64,000 nucleotides of DNA from Eledone cirrhosa (GCA_964016885.1 OZ024758.1:22692001-22756000); one strand, 5' to 3'. Shown: positions 12,601 through 27,394, counted from the stretch's first letter. Notes: a model not told the origin generated them from the sequence alone. Numbers and translations: made by a program.

Positions 12601-15600
12601 AGTGTTGTGTGTGATAGGGAGTGTGACCATTTGCTGTACACTGTAGAAGTGTTAAGTGTGATAGGGAGTGTGACCATTTGCTGTACACTGTAGAAGTGTT
12701 GTGTGATAGGGAGTGTGACCATTTGCTGTACACTGTAGAAGTGTTAAGTGTGATAGGGAGTGTGACCATTTGCTGTACACTGTAGAAGTGTTAAGTGTGA
12801 TAGGGAGTGTGACCATTTGCTGTACACTGTAGAAGTGTTGTGTGACCATTTGCTGTACACTGTAGAAGTGTTAAGTGTGATAGGGAGTGTGACCATTTGC
12901 TGTACACTGTAGAAGTGTTAAGTGTGATAGGGAGTGTGACCATTTGCTGTACACTGTAGAAGTGTTGTGTGTGATAGGGAGTGTGACCATTTGCTGTACA
13001 CTGTAGAAGTGTTAAGTGTGATAGGGAGTGTGACCATTTGCTGTACACTGTAGAAGTGTTGTGTGATAGGGAGTGTGACCATTTGCTGTACACTGTAGAA
13101 GTGTTAAGTGTGATAGGGAGTGTGACCATTTGCTGTACACTGTAGAAGTGTTAAGTGTGATAGGGAGTGTGACCATTTGCTGTACACTGTAGAAGTGTTA
13201 AGTGTGATAGGGAGTGTGACCATTTGCTGTACACTGTAGAAGTGTTAAGTGTGATAGGGAGTGTGACCATTTGCTGTACACTGTAGAAGTGTTAAGTGTG
13301 ATAGGGAGTGTGACCATTTGCTGTACACTGTAGAAGTGTTAGTGTGATAGGGAGTGTGACCATTTGCTGTACACTGTAGAAGTGTTAAGTGTGATAGGGA
13401 GTGTGACCATTTGCTGTACACTGTAGAAGTGTTAAGTGTGATAGGGAGTGTGACCATTTGCTGTACACTGTAGAAGTGTTAAGTGTGATAGGGAGTGTGA
13501 CCATTTGCTGTACACTGTAGAAGTGTTAAGTGTGATAGGGAGTGTGACCATTTGCTGTACACTGTAGAAGTGTTAAGTGTGATAGGGAGTGTGACCATTT
13601 GCTGTACACTGTAGAAGTGTTGTGTGATAGGGAGTGTGACCATTTGCTGTACACTGTAGAAGTGTTAGTGTGATAGGGAGTGTGACCATTTGCTGTACAC
13701 TGTAGAAGTGTTAGTGTGATAGGGAGTGTGACCATTTGCTGTACACTGTAGAAGTGTTAAGTGTGATAGGGAGTGTGACCATTTGCTGTACACTGTAGAA
13801 GTGTTAAGTGTGATAGGGAGTGTGACCATTTGCTGTACACTGTAGAAGTGTTAAGTGTGATAGGGAGTGTGACCATTTGCTGTACACTGTAGAAGTGTTA
13901 AGTGTGATAGGGAGTGTGACCATTTGCTGTACACTGTAGAAGTGTTAAGTGTGATAGGGAGTGTGACCATTTGCTGTACACTGTAGAAGTGTTAAGTGTG
14001 ATAGGGAGTGTGACCATTTGCTGTACACTGTAGAAGTGTTAAGTGTGATAGGGAGTGTGACCATTTGCTGTACACTGTAGAAGTGTTAAGTGTGATAGGG
14101 AGTGTGACCATTTGCTGTACACTGTAGAAGTGTTAGTGTGATAGGGAGTGTGACCATTTGCTGTACACTGTAGAAGTGTTAAGTGTGATAGGGAGTGTGA
14201 CCATTTGCTGTACACTGTAGAAGTGTTGTGTGATAGGGAGTGTGACCATTTGCTGTACACTGTAGAAGTGTTAAGTGTGATAGGGAGTGTGACCATTTGC
14301 TGTACACTGTAGAAGTGTTAAGTGTGATAGGGAGTGTGACCATTTGCTGTACACTGTAGAAGTGTTAAGTGTGATAGGGAGTGTGACCATTTGCTGTACA
14401 CTGTAGAAGTGTTAAGTGTGATAGGGAGTGTGACCATTTGCTGTACACTGTAGAAGTGTTAAGTGTGATAGGGAGTGTGACCATTTGCTGTACACTGTAG
14501 AAGTGTTAAGTGTGATAGGGAGTGTGACCATTTGCTGTACACTGTAGAAGTGTTAAGTGTGATAGGGAGTGTGACCATTTGCTGTACACTGTAGAAGTGT
14601 TAAGTGTGATAGGGAGTGTGACCATTTGCTGTACACTGTAGAAGTGTTAAGTGTGATAGGGAGTGTGACCATTTGCTGTACACTGTAGAAGTGTTAAGTG
14701 TGATAGGGAGTGTGACCATTTGCTGTACACTGTAGAAGTGTTAAGTGTGATAGGGAGTGTGACCATTTGCTGTACACTGTAGAAGTGTTGTGTGATAGGG
14801 AGTGTGACCATTTGCTGTACACTGTAGAAGTGTTAAGTGTGATAGGGAGTGTGACCATTTGCTGTACACTGTAGAAGTGTTAGTGTGATAGGGAGTGTGA
14901 CCATTTGCTGTACACTGTAGAAGTGTTAAGTGTGATAGGGAGTGTGACCATTTGCTGTACACTGTAGAAGTGTTAAGTGTGATAGGGAGTGTGACCATTT
15001 GCTGTACACTGTAGAAGTGTTAAGTGTGATAGGGAGTGTGACCATTTGCTGTACACTGTAGAAGTGTTAAGTGTGATAGGGAGTGTGACCATTTGCTGTA
15101 CACTGTAGAAGTGTTAAGTGTGATAGGGAGTGTGACCATTTGCTGTACACTGTAGAAGTGTTGTGTGATAGGGAGTGTGACCATTTGCTGTACACTGTAG
15201 AAGTNNNNNNNNNNNNNNNNNNNNNNNNNNNNNNNNNNNNNNNNNNNNNNNNNNNNNNNNNNNNNNNNNNNNNNNNNNNNNNNNNNNNNNNNNNNNNNNN
15301 NNNNNNNNNNNNNNNNNNNNNNNNNNNNNNNNNNNNNNNNNNNNNNNNNNNNNNNNNNNNNNNNNNNNNNNNNNNNNNNNNNNNNNNNNNNNNNNNNNNN
15401 NNNNATAGGGAGTGTGACCATTTGCTGTACACTGTAGAAGTGTTAAGTGTGATAGGGAGTGTGACCATTTGCTGTACACTGTAGAAGTGTTAAGTGTGAT
15501 AGGGAGTGGTGACCATTTGCTGTACCTGTAGAAGTGTTAAGTGTGATAGGGAGTGTGACCATTTGCTGTACACTGTAGAAGTGTTAGTGTGATAGGGAGT

Positions 15601-18600
15601 GTGACCATTTGCTGTACACTGTAGAAGTGTTAAGTGTGATAGGGAGTGTGACCATTTGCTGTACACTGTAGAAGTGTTAAGTGTGATAGGGAGTGTGACC
15701 ATTTGCTGTACACTGTAGAAGTGTTAAGTGTGATAGGGAGTGTGACCATTTGCTGTACACTGTAGAAGTGTTAAGTGTGATAGGGACTGTGACCATTTGC
15801 TGTACACTGTAGAAGTGTTAAGTGTGATAGGGAGTGTGACCATTTGCTGTACACTGTAGAAGTGTTAAGTGTGATAGGGAGTGTGACCATTTGCTGTACA
15901 CTGTAGAAGTGTTAAGTGTGATAGGGAGTGTGACCATTTGCTGTACACTGTAGAAGTGTTAAGTGTGATAGGGAGTGTGACCATTTGCTGTACACTGTAG
16001 AAGTGTTAAGTGTGATAGGGAGTGTGACCATTTGCTGTACACTGTAGAAGTGTTAAGTGTGATAGGGACTGTGACCATTTGCTGTACACTGTAGAAGTGT
16101 TAAGTGTGATAGGGAGTGTGACCATTTGCTGTACACTGTAGAAGTGTTAAGTGTGATAGGGAGTGTGACCATTTGCTGTACACTGTAGAAGTGTTAAGTG
16201 TGATAGGGAGTGTGACCATTTGCTGTACACTGTAGAAGTGTTAAGTGTGATAGGGAGTGTGACCATTTGCTGTACACTGTAGAAGTGTTAAGTGTGATAG
16301 GGAGTGTGACCATTTGCTGTACACTGTAGAAGTGTTAAGTGTGATAGGGAGTGTGACCATTTGCTGTACACTGTAGAAGTGTTAAGTGTGATAGGGAGTG
16401 TGACCATTTGCTGTACACTGTAGAAGTGTTAAGTGTGATAGGGAGTGTGACCATTTGCTGTACACTGTAGAAGTGTTAAGTGTGATAGGGAGTGTGACCA
16501 TTTGCTGTACACTGTAGAAGTGTTAAGTGTGATAGGGAGTGTGACCATTTGCTGTACACTGTAGAAGTGTTAAGTGTGATAGGGACTGTGACCATTTGCT
16601 GTACACTGTAGAAGTGTTAAGTGTGATAGGGAGTGTGACCATTTGCTGTACACTGTAGAAGTGTTAAGTGTGATAGGGAGTGTGACCATTTGCTGTACAC
16701 TGTAGAAGTGTTAAGTGTGATAGGGAGTGTGACCATTTGCTGTACACTGTAGAAGTGTTAAGTGTGATAGGGAGTGTGACCATTTGCTGTACACTGTAGA
16801 AGTGTTAAGTGTGATAGGGAGTGTGACCATTTGCTGTACACTGTAGAAGTGTAGTGTGATAGGGAGTGTGACCATTTGCTGTACACTGTAGAAGTGTTAA
16901 GTGTGATAGGGAGTGTGACCATTTGCTGTACACTGTAGAAGTGTTAAGTGTGATAGGGAGTGTGACCATTTGCTGTACACTGTAGAAGTGTTAAGTGTGA
17001 TAGGGAGTGTGACCATTTGCTGTACACTGTAGAAGTGTTAAGTGTGATAGGGAGTGTGACCATTTGCTGTACACTGTAGAAGTGTTAGTGTGATAGGGAG
17101 TGTGACCATTTGCTGTACACTGTAGAAGTGTTAAGTGTGATAGGGAGTGTGACCATTTGCTGTACACTGTAGAAGTGTTAAGTGTGATAGGGAGTGTGAC
17201 CATTTGCTGTACACTGTAGAAGTGTTAAGTGTGATAGGGAGTGTGACCATTTGCTGTACACTGTAGAAGTGTTAAGTGTGATAGGGAGTGTGACCATTTG
17301 CTGTACACTGTAGAAGTGTTAAGTGTGATAGGGAGTGTGACCATTTGCTGTACACTGTAGAAGTGTTAAGTGTGATAGGGAGTGTGACCATTTGCTGTAC
17401 ACTGTAGAAGTGTTAAGTGTGATAGGGAGTGTGACCATTTGCTGTACACTGTAGAAGTGTTAAGTGTGATAGGGAGTGTGACCATTTGCTGTACACTGTA
17501 GAAGTGTTAAGTGTGATAGGGAGTGTGACCATTTGCTGTACACTGTAGAAGTGTTAAGTGTGATAGGGAGTGTGACCATTTGCTGTACACTGTAGAAGTG
17601 TTAAGTGTGATAGGGAGTGTGACCATTTGCTGTACACTGTAGAAGTGTTGTGTGATAGGGAGTGTGACCATTTGCTGTACACTGTAGAAGTGTTAAGTGT
17701 GATAGGGAGTGTGACCATTTGCTGTACACTGTAGAAGTGTTGTGTGATAGGGAGTGTGACCATTTGCTGTACACTGTAGAAGTGTTAAGTGTGATAGGGA
17801 GTGTGACCATTTGCTGTACACTGTAGAAGTGTTGTGTGATAGGGAGTGTGACCATTTGCTGTACACTGTAGAAGTGTTAAGTGTGATAGGGAGTGTGACC
17901 ATTTGCTGTACACTGTAGAAGTGTTAGTGTGATAGGGAGTGTGACCATTTGCTGTACACTGTAGAAGTGTTAAGTGTGATAGGGAGTGTGACCATTTGCT
18001 GTACACTGTAGAAGTGTTAAGTGTGATAGGGAGTGTGACCATTTGCTGTACACTGTAGAAGTGTTAAGTGTGATAGGGAGTGTGACCATTTGCTGTACAC
18101 TGTAGAAGTGTTAGTGTGATAGGGAGTGTGACCATTTGCTGTACACTGTAGAAGTGTAAGTGTGATAGGGAGTGTGACCATTTGCTGTACACTGTAGAAG
18201 TGTTAGTGTGATAGGGAGTGTGACCATTTGCTGTACACTGTAGAAGTGTTAAGTGTGATAGGGAGTGTGACCATTTGCTGTACACTGTAGAAGTGTTAAG
18301 TGTGATAGGGAGTGTGACCATTTGCTGTACACTGTAGAAGTGTTGTGTGATAGGGAGTGTGACCATTTGCTGTACACTGTAGAAGTGTTAGTGTGATAGG
18401 GAGTGTGACCATTTGCTGTACACTGTAGAAGTGTTAAGTGTGATAGGGAGTGTGACCATTTGCTGTACACTGTAGAAGTGTTAAGTGTGATAGGGAGTGT
18501 GACCATTTGCTGTACACTGTAGAAGTGTTAAGTGTGATAGGGAGTGTGACCATTTGCTGTACACTGTAGAAGTGTTAAGTGTGATAGGGAGTGTGACCAT

Positions 18601-21600
18601 TTGCTGTACACTGTAGAAGTGTAGTGTGATAGGGAGTGTGACCATTTGCTGTACACTGTAGAAGTGTTAAGTGTGATAGGGAGTGTGACCATTTGCTGTA
18701 CACTGTAGAAGTGTTAGTGTGATAGGGAGTGTGACCATTTGCTGTACACTGTAGAAGTGTTAAGTGTGATAGGGAGTGTGACCATTTGCTGTACACTGTA
18801 GAAGTGTTAAGTGTGATAGGGAGTGTGACCATTTGCTGTACACTGTAGAAGTGTTAAGTGTGATAGGGAGTGTGACCATTTGCTGTACACTGTAGAAGTG
18901 TTAAGTGTGATAGGGAGTGTGACCATTTGCTGTACACTGTAGAAGTGTTGTGTGATAGGGAGTGTGACCATTTGCTGTACACTGTAGAAGTGTTAAGTGT
19001 GATAGGGAGTGTGACCATTTGCTGTACACTGTAGAAGTGTTAGTGTGATAGGGAGTGTGACCATTTGCTGTACACTGTAGAAGTGTTAAGTGTGATAGGG
19101 AGTGTGACCATTTGCTGTACACTGTAGAAGTGTTAAGTGTGATAGGGAGTGTGACCATTTGCTGTACACTGTAGAAGTGTTAGTGTGATAGGGAGTGTGA
19201 CCATTTGCTGTACACTGTAGAAGTGTTAAGTGTGATAGGGAGTGTGACCATTTGCTGTACACTGTAGAAGTGTTAGTGTGATAGGGAGTGTGACCATTTG
19301 CTGTACACTGTAGAAGTGTTGTGTGATAGGGAGTGTGACCATTTGCTGTACACTGTAGAAGTGTTAAGTGTGATAGGGAGTGTGACCATTTGCTGTACAC
19401 TGTAGAAGTGTTAAGTGTGATAGGGAGTGTGACCATTTGCTGTACACTGTAGAAGTGTTAAGTGTGATAGGGAGTGTGACCATTTGCTGTACACTGTAGA
19501 AGTGTTAAGTGTGATAGGGAGTGTGACCATTTGCTGTACACTGTAGAAGTGTTAGTGTGATAGGGAGTGTGACCATTTGCTGTACACTGTAGAAGTGTTA
19601 AGTGTGATAGGGAGTGTGACCATTTGCTGTACACTGTAGAAGTGTTGTGTGATAGGGAGTGTGACCATTTGCTGTACACTGTAGAAGTGTTAAGTGTGAT
19701 AGGGAGTGTGACCATTTGCTGTACACTGTAGAAGTGTTAAGTGTGATAGGGAGTGTGACCATTTGCTGTACACTGTAGAAGTGTTGTGTGATAGGGAGTG
19801 TGACCATTTGCTGTACACTGTAGAAGTGTTAGTGTGATAGGGAGTGTGACCATTTGCTGTACACTGTAGAAGTGTTAGTGTGATAGGGAGTGTGACCATT
19901 TGCTGTACACTGTAGAAGTGTTAGTGTGATAGGGAGTGTGACCATTTGCTGTACACTGTAGAAGTGTTAAGTGTGATAGGGAGTGTGACCATTTGCTGTA
20001 CACTGTAGAAGTGTTAGTGTGATAGGGAGTGTGACCATTTGCTGTACACTGTAGAAGTGTTAAGTGTGATAGGGAGTGTGACCATTTGCTGTACACTGTA
20101 GAAGTGTTAAGTGTGATAGGGAGTGTGACCATTTGCTGTACACTGTAGAAGTGTTAGTGTGATAGGGAGTGTGACCATTTGCTGTACACTGTAGAAGTGT
20201 TAAGTGTGATAGGGAGTGTGACCATTTGCTGTACACTGTAGAAGTGTTAGTGTGATAGGGAGTGTGACCATTTGCTGTACACTGTAGAAGTGTTAAGTGT
20301 GATAGGGAGTGTGACCATTTGCTGTACACTGTAGAAGTGTTAAGTGTGATAGGGAGTGTGACCATTTGCTGTACACTGTAGAAGTGTTAGTGTGATAGGG
20401 AGTGTGACCATTTGCTGTACACTGTAGAAGTGTTAAGTGTGATAGGGAGTGTGACCATTTGCTGTACACTGTAGAAGTGTTAAGTGTGATAGGGAGTGTG
20501 ACCATTTGCTGTACACTGTAGAAGTGTTAAGTGTGATAGGGAGTGTGACCATTTGCTGTACACTGTAGAAGTGTTAAGTGTGATAGGGAGTGTGACCATT
20601 TGCTGTACACTGTAGAAGTGTTAAGTGTGATAGGGAGTGTGACCATTTGCTGTACACTGTAGAAGTGTTAAGTGTGATAGGGAGTGTGACCATTTGCTGT
20701 ACACTGTAGAAGTGTTAAGTGTGATAGGGAGTGTGACCATTTGCTGTACACTGTAGAAGTGTTAAGTGTGATAGGGAGTGTGACCATTTGCTGTACACTG
20801 TAGAAGTGTTAGTGTGATAGGGAGTGTGACCATTTGCTGTACACTGTAGAAGTGTTAAGTGTGATAGGGAGTGTGACCATTTGCTGTACACTGTAGAAGT
20901 GTTAGTGTGATAGGGAGTGTGACCATTTGCTGTACACTGTAGAAGTGTTAAGTGTGATAGGGAGTGTGACCATTTGCTGTACACTGTAGAAGTGTTAAGT
21001 GTGATAGGGAGTGTGACCATTTGCTGTACACTGTAGAAGTGTTAAGTGTGATAGGGAGTGTGACCATTTGCTGTACACTGTAGAAGTGTTAAGTGTGATA
21101 GGGAGTGTGACCATTTGCTGTACACTGTAGAAGTGTTAAGTGTGATAGGGAGTGTGACCATTTGCTGTACACTGTAGAAGTGTTAAGTGTGATAGGGAGT
21201 GTGACCATTTGCTGTACACTGTAGAAGTGTTAGTGTGATAGGGAGTGTGACCATTTGCTGTACACTGTAGAAGTGTTAAGTGTGATAGGGAGTGTGACCA
21301 TTTGCTGTACACTGTAGAAGTGTTAAGTGTGATAGGGAGTGTGACCATTTGCTGTACACTGTAGAAGTGTTAAGTGTGATAGGGAGTGTGACCATTTGCT
21401 GTACACTGTAGAAGTGTTAAGTGTGATAGGGAGTGTGACCATTTGCTGTACACTGTAGAAGTGTTAAGTGTGATAGGGAGTGTGACCATTTGCTGTACAC
21501 TGTAGAAGTGTTGTGTGATAGGGAGTGTGACCATTTGCTGTACACTGTAGAAGTGTTAAGTGTGATAGGGAGTGTGACCATTTGCTGTACACTGTAGAAG

Positions 21601-24600
21601 TGTTAAGTGTGATAGGGAGTGTGACCATTTGCTGTACACTGTAGAAGTGTTAAGTGTGATAGGGAGTGTGACCATTTGCTGTACACTGTAGAAGTGTTGT
21701 GTGATAGGGAGTGTGACCATTTGCTGTACACTGTAGAAGTGTTAAGTGTGATAGGGAGTGTGACCATTTGCTGTACACTGTAGAAGTGTTAAGTGTGATA
21801 GGGAGTGTGACCATTTGCTGTACACTGTAGAAGTGTTGTGTGATAGGGAGTGTGACCATTTGCTGTACACTGTAGAAGTGTTAAGTGTGATAGGGAGTGT
21901 GACCATTTGCTGTACACTGTAGAAGTGTTGTGTGATAGGGAGTGTGACCATTTGCTGTACACTGTAGAAGTGTTAAGTGTGATAGGGAGTGTGACCATTT
22001 GCTGTACACTGTAGAAGTGTTAAGTGTGATAGGGAGTGTGACCATTTGCTGTACACTGTAGAAGTGTTGTGTGATAGGGAGTGTGACCATTTGCTGTACA
22101 CTGTAGAAGTGTTAAGTGTGATAGGGAGTGTGACCATTTGCTGTACACTGTAGAAGTGTTGTGTGATAGGGAGTGTGACCATTTGCTGTACACTGTAGAA
22201 GTGTTAAGTGTGATAGGGAGTGTGACCATTTGCTGTACACTGTAGAAGTGTTGTGTGATAGGGAGTGTGACCATTTGCTGTACACTGTAGAAGTGTTGTG
22301 TGATAGGGAGTGTGACCATTTGCTGTACACTGTAGAAGTGTTAAGTGTGATAGGGAGTGTGACCATTTGCTGTACACTGTAGAAGTGTTGTGTGATAGGG
22401 AGTGTGACCATTTGCTGTACACTGTAGAAGTGTTAAGTGTGATAGGGAGTGTGACCATTTGCTGTACACTGTAGAAGTGTTGTGTGATAGGGAGTGTGAC
22501 CATTTGCTGTACACTGTAGAAGTGTTAAGTGTGATAGGGAGTGTGACCATTTGCTGTACACTGTAGAAGTGTTAAGTGTGATAGGGAGTGTGACCATTTG
22601 CTGTACACTGTAGAAGTGTTAAGTGTGATAGGGAGTGTGACCATTTGCTGTACACTGTAGAAGTGTTAAGTGTGATAGGGAGTGTGACCATTTGCTGTAC
22701 ACTGTAGAAGTGTTGTGTGATAGGGAGTGTGACCATTTGCTGTACACTGTAGAAGTGTTAAGTGTGATAGGGAGTGTGACCATTTGCTGTACACTGTAGA
22801 AGTGTTGTGTGATAGGGAGTGTGACCATTTGCTGTACACTGTAGAAGTGTTAAGTGTGATAGGGAGTGTGACCATTTGCTGTACACTGTAGAAGTGTTGT
22901 GTGATAGGGAGTGTGACCATTTGCTGTACACTGTAGAAGTGTTAAGTGTGATAGGGAGTGTGACCATTTGCTGTACACTGTAGAAGTGTTGTGTGATAGG
23001 GAGTGTGACCATTTGCTGTACACTGTAGAAGTGTTAAGTGTGATAGGGAGTGTGACCATTTGCTGTACACTGTAGAAGTGTTAAGTGTGATAGGGAGTGT
23101 GACCATTTGCTGTACACTGTAGAAGTGTTAAGTGTGATAGGGAGTGTGACCATTTGCTGTACACTGTAGAAGTGTTAAGTGTGATAGGGAGTGTGACCAT
23201 TTGCTATACACTGTAGAAGTGTTGTGTGATAGGGAGTGTGACCATTTGCTGTACACTGTAGAAGTGTTAAGTGTGATAGGGAGTGTGACCATTTGCTGTA
23301 CACTGTAGAAGTGTTGTGTGATAGGGAGTGTGACCATTTGCTGTACACTGTAGAAGTGTTAAGTGTGATAGGGAGTGTGACCATTTGCTGTACACTGTAG
23401 AAGTGTTAAGTGTGATAGGGAGTGTGACCATTTGCTGTACACTGTAGAAGTGTTAAGTGTGATAGGGAGTGTGACCATTTGCTGTACACTGTAGAAGTGT
23501 TGTGTGACCATTTGCTGTACACTGTAGAAGTGTTAAGTGTGATAGGGAGTGTGACCATTTGCTGTACACTGTAGAAGTGTTAAGTGATAGGGAGTGTGAC
23601 CATTTGCTGTACACTGTAGAAGTGTTGTGTGATAGGGAGTGTGACCATTTGCTGTACACTGTAGAAGTGTTGTGTGATAGGGAGTGTGACCATTTGCTGT
23701 ACACTGTAGAAGTGTTAAGTGTGATAGGGAGTGTGACCATTTGCTGTACACTGTAGAAGTGTTAAGTGTGATAGGGAGTGTGACCATTTGCTGTACACTG
23801 TAGAAGTGTTAAGTGTGATAGGGAGTGTGACCATTTGCTGTACACTGTAGAAGTGTTAAGTGTGATAGGGAGTGTGACCATTTGCTGTACACTGTAGAAG
23901 TGTTAAGTGTGATAGGGAGTGTGACCATTTGCTGTACACTGTAGAAGTGTTGTGTGATAGGGAGTGTGACCATTTGTTGTACACTGTAGAAGTGTTGTGT
24001 GATAGGGAGTGTGACCATTTGCTGTACACTGTAGAAGTGTTAAGTGTGATAGGGAGTGTGACCATTTGCTGTACACTGTAGAAGTGTTAAGTGTGATAGG
24101 GAGTGTGACCATTTGCTGTACACTGTAGAAGTGTTAAGTGTGATAGGGAGTGTGACCATTTGCTGTACACTGTAGAAGTGTTGTGTGATAGGGAGTGTGA
24201 CCATTTGCTGTACACTGTAGAAGTGTTAAGTGTGATAGGGAGTGTGACCATTTGCTGTACACTGTAGAAGTGTTAAGTGTGATAGGGAGTGTGACCATTT
24301 GCTGTACACTGTAGAAGTGTTAAGTGTGATAGGGAGTGTGACCATTTGCTGTACACTGTAGAAGTGTTGTGTGATAGGGAGTGTGACCATTTGCTGTACA
24401 CTGTAGAAGTGTTAAGTGTGATAGGGAGTGTGACCATTTGCTGTACACTGTAGAAGTGTTGTGTGATAGGGAGTGTGACCATTTGCTGTACACTGTAGAA
24501 GTGTTGTGTGACAGGGAGTGTGACCATTTGCTGTACACTGTAGAAGTGTTAAGTGTGATAGGGAGTGTGACCATTTGCTGTACACTGTAGAAGTGTTAAG

Positions 24601-26386
24601 TGTGATAGGGAGTGTGACCATTTGCTGTACACTGTAGAAGTGTTGTGTGATAGGGAGTGTGACCATTTGCTGTACACTGTAGAAGTGTTAAGTGTGATAG
24701 GGAGTGTGACCATTTGCTGTACACTGTAGAAGTGTTGTGTGATAGGGAGTGTGACCATTTGCTGTACACTGTAGAAGTGTTGTGTGACAGGGAGTGTGAC
24801 CATTTGCTGTACACTGTAGAAGTGTTAAGTGTGATAGGGAGTGTGACCATTTGCTGTACACTGTAGAAGTGTTAAGTGTGATAGGGAGTGTGACCATTTG
24901 CTGTACACTGTAGAAGTGTTGTGTGATAGGGAGTGTGACCATTTGCTGTACACTGTAGAAGTGTTAAGTGTGATAGGGAGTGTGACCATTTGCTGTACAC
25001 TGTAGAAGTGTTGTGTGATAGGGAGTGTGACCATTTGCTGTACACTGTAGAAGTGTTAAGTGTGATAGGGAGTGTGACCATTTGCTGTACACTGTAGAAG
25101 TGTTAAGTGTGATAGGGAGTGTGACCATTTGCTGTACACTGTAGAAGTGTTGTGTGATAGGGAGTGTGACCATTTGCTGTACACTGTAGAAGTGTTAAGT
25201 GTGATAGGGAGTGTGACCATTTGCTGTACACTGTAGAAGTGTTAAGTGTGATAGGGAGTGTGACCATTTGCTGTACACTGTAGAAGTGTTAAGTGTGATA
25301 GGGAGTGTGACCATTTGCTGTACACTGTAGAAGTGTTAAGTGTGATAGGGAGTGTGACCATTTGCTGTACACTGTAGAAGTGTTAAGTGTGATAGGGAGT
25401 GTGACCATTTGCTGTACACTGTAGAAGTGTTAAGTGTGATAGGGAGTGTGACCATTTGCTGTACACTGTAGAAGTGTTAAGTGTGATAGGGAGTGTGACC
25501 ATTTGCTGTACACTGTAGAAGTGTTAAGTGTGATAGGGAGTGTGACCATTTGCTGTACACTGTAGAAGTGTTAAGTGTGATAGGGAGTGTGACCATTTGC
25601 TGTACACTGTAGAAGTGTTAAGTGTGATAGGGAGTGTGACCATTTGCTGTACACTGTAGAAGTGTTAAGTGTGATAGGGAGTGTGACCATTTGCTGTACA
25701 CTGTAGAAGTGTTAAGTGTGATAGGGAGTGTGACCATTTGCTGTACACTGTAGAAGTGTTAAGTGTGATAGGGAGTGTGACCATTTGCTGTACACTGTAG
25801 AAGTGTTAAGTGTGATAGGGAGTGTGACCATTTGCTGTACACTGTAGAAGTGTTAAGTGTGATAGGGAGTGTGACCATTTGCTGTACACTGTAGAAGTGT
25901 TAAGTGTGATAGGGAGTGTGACCATTTGCTGTACACTGTAGAAGTGTTAAGTGTGATAGGGAGTGTGACCATTTGCTGTACACTGTAGAAGTGTTAAGTG
26001 TGATAGGGAGTGTGACCATTTGCTGTACACTGTAGAAGTGTTGTGTGACAGGGAGTGTGACCATTTGCTGTACACTGTAGAAGTGTTAAGTGTGATAGGG
26101 AGTGTGACCATTTGCTGTACACTGTAGAAGTGTTGTGTGATAGGGAGTGTGACCATTTGCTGTACACTGTAGAAGTGTTAAGTGTGATAGGGAGTGTGAC
26201 CATTTGCTGTACACTGTAGAAGTGTTGTGTGATAGGGAGTGTGACCATTTGCTGTACACTGTAGAAGTGTTAAGTGTGATAGGGAGTGTGACCATTTGCT
26301 GTACACTGTAGAAGTGTTGTGTGATAGGGAGTGTGACCATTTGCTGTACACTGTAGAAGTGTTAAGTGTGATAGGGAGTGTGACCA
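6629..26386. repeat. 47-bp satellite array, roughly 420 copies
   Basis: Unit GTGTGATAGGGAGTGTGACCATTTGCTGTACACTGTAGAAGTGTTAA with 45/46-bp variants. Copies are nearly identical. Confidence 0.99.
15205..15404. other. Assembly gap (200 N) inside the satellite
   Basis: Run of N, so the true array length is unknown. Confidence 0.99.
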
Positions 26387-26529
26387 ACCGTGACAACAAG
26401 AAAAGAAAACAAAAAAGAACTACGATAAAAAAAAAAAAAAACTGGAACGTGTAAAGAACAAAGAAAAATGAGGAGATGACGACGTTGGCATCACAAGCCA
26501 TATTGTAGGCAACTTATCTAGCAGAACTG

Positions 26530-26762
26530 ATAGAGGGCAGAGAGAGGGTGGGGAGAGGGTAGAGAGAGGGTGGGGAGAGAGTAGAGGGTAGGGAGACAGT
26601 AGGGAGAGGATAGAGGGTAGGGAGACAGTAGGGAGAGGGTAGAGAGAGGATAGAGGGTAGGGAGAGAGTAGAGGGTAGGGAGAGGGTAGAGGGTAGAGGT
26701 AGGGAGAGGGTAGGGAGAGGGTAGGGGTAGGGAGAGAGTAGAGGGTAGAGAGAGGGTGGTGG
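26530..26762. repeat. G-rich purine tract (AGAGGGTAGGG)n
   Basis: Direct inspection. Confidence 0.9.
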
Positions 26763-27144
26763 TAATTCAGTCCTGCTGTTAAAACATCTCTGGTAAGGAT
26801 GGCCCAAGAAAAGTGACCAGGTCCACACAGTCAAGATGTCAGGAGAGAAGAGATATCTATTTACAATAACAACAAGAAAGATAAAAAAAAACATGCAGAG
26901 AAAAATAACAAAAAAAAAACGCAGAAAAGAAAAGGAGAAAGAGGACATGCAGAAAAATGGATTTAGGCAGTGGTGGTGGTTGTTTGTGGTGTGTGTATGG
27001 TGGTGGTGGTTGTTTGTGGTGTGTGTGTATGGTTGTGGTTGGTTGTTTTTGACTGTGTCAGATAAGGAAGTAGTGTAATGTGTGGCAAGGAACTGTGAGC
27101 CAACATTGAACAGGATGTAAAATGATAAGAGACACACATACACA

Positions 27145-27246
27145 CAGGGTGTCCCCAAAAAATGTATACATACTTCAACAGCAGTCTAATAAAAATTGCC
27201 TATACCTTAACCAAAGTGTCTATACATTTTTGTGGGGGACACCCTG
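27145..27246. mobile_element. Tc1/mariner-like MITE (~100 bp)
   Basis: TIRs CAGGGTGTCCCC/GGGGACACCCTG followed by TA. A truncated copy lies at 55349-55440. Confidence 0.75.
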
Positions 27247-27394
27247 TAAATAAGGCTGAAATTAAAAAGCTATAACCCCACAAGTATACACCATATGATA
27301 CATTCTAGAGCTGTGAAGCTATACCCAATGACTTGTGACTCACACCCTGCACATAGGCGCAGAACTCCTGACCCTCGAGTTATTGGACTGGCTT

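Noticed and set aside
13320-21240. 46-bp monomer variant (GTTAGTG) as a distinct satellite subfamily
   Set aside because: Scattered single-base deletions concentrated around the assembly gap are more likely long-read consensus errors.
6556-26501. Many ORFs (MVTLPITLNTSTVYSK...) and a CRISPR-like appearance
   Set aside because: These are translations of a contiguous satellite. There are no unique spacers and no cas genes, and the context is eukaryotic.
26762-26860. Short unique stretch with a possible minus-strand acceptor
   Set aside because: No convincing donor and no recognisable peptide.
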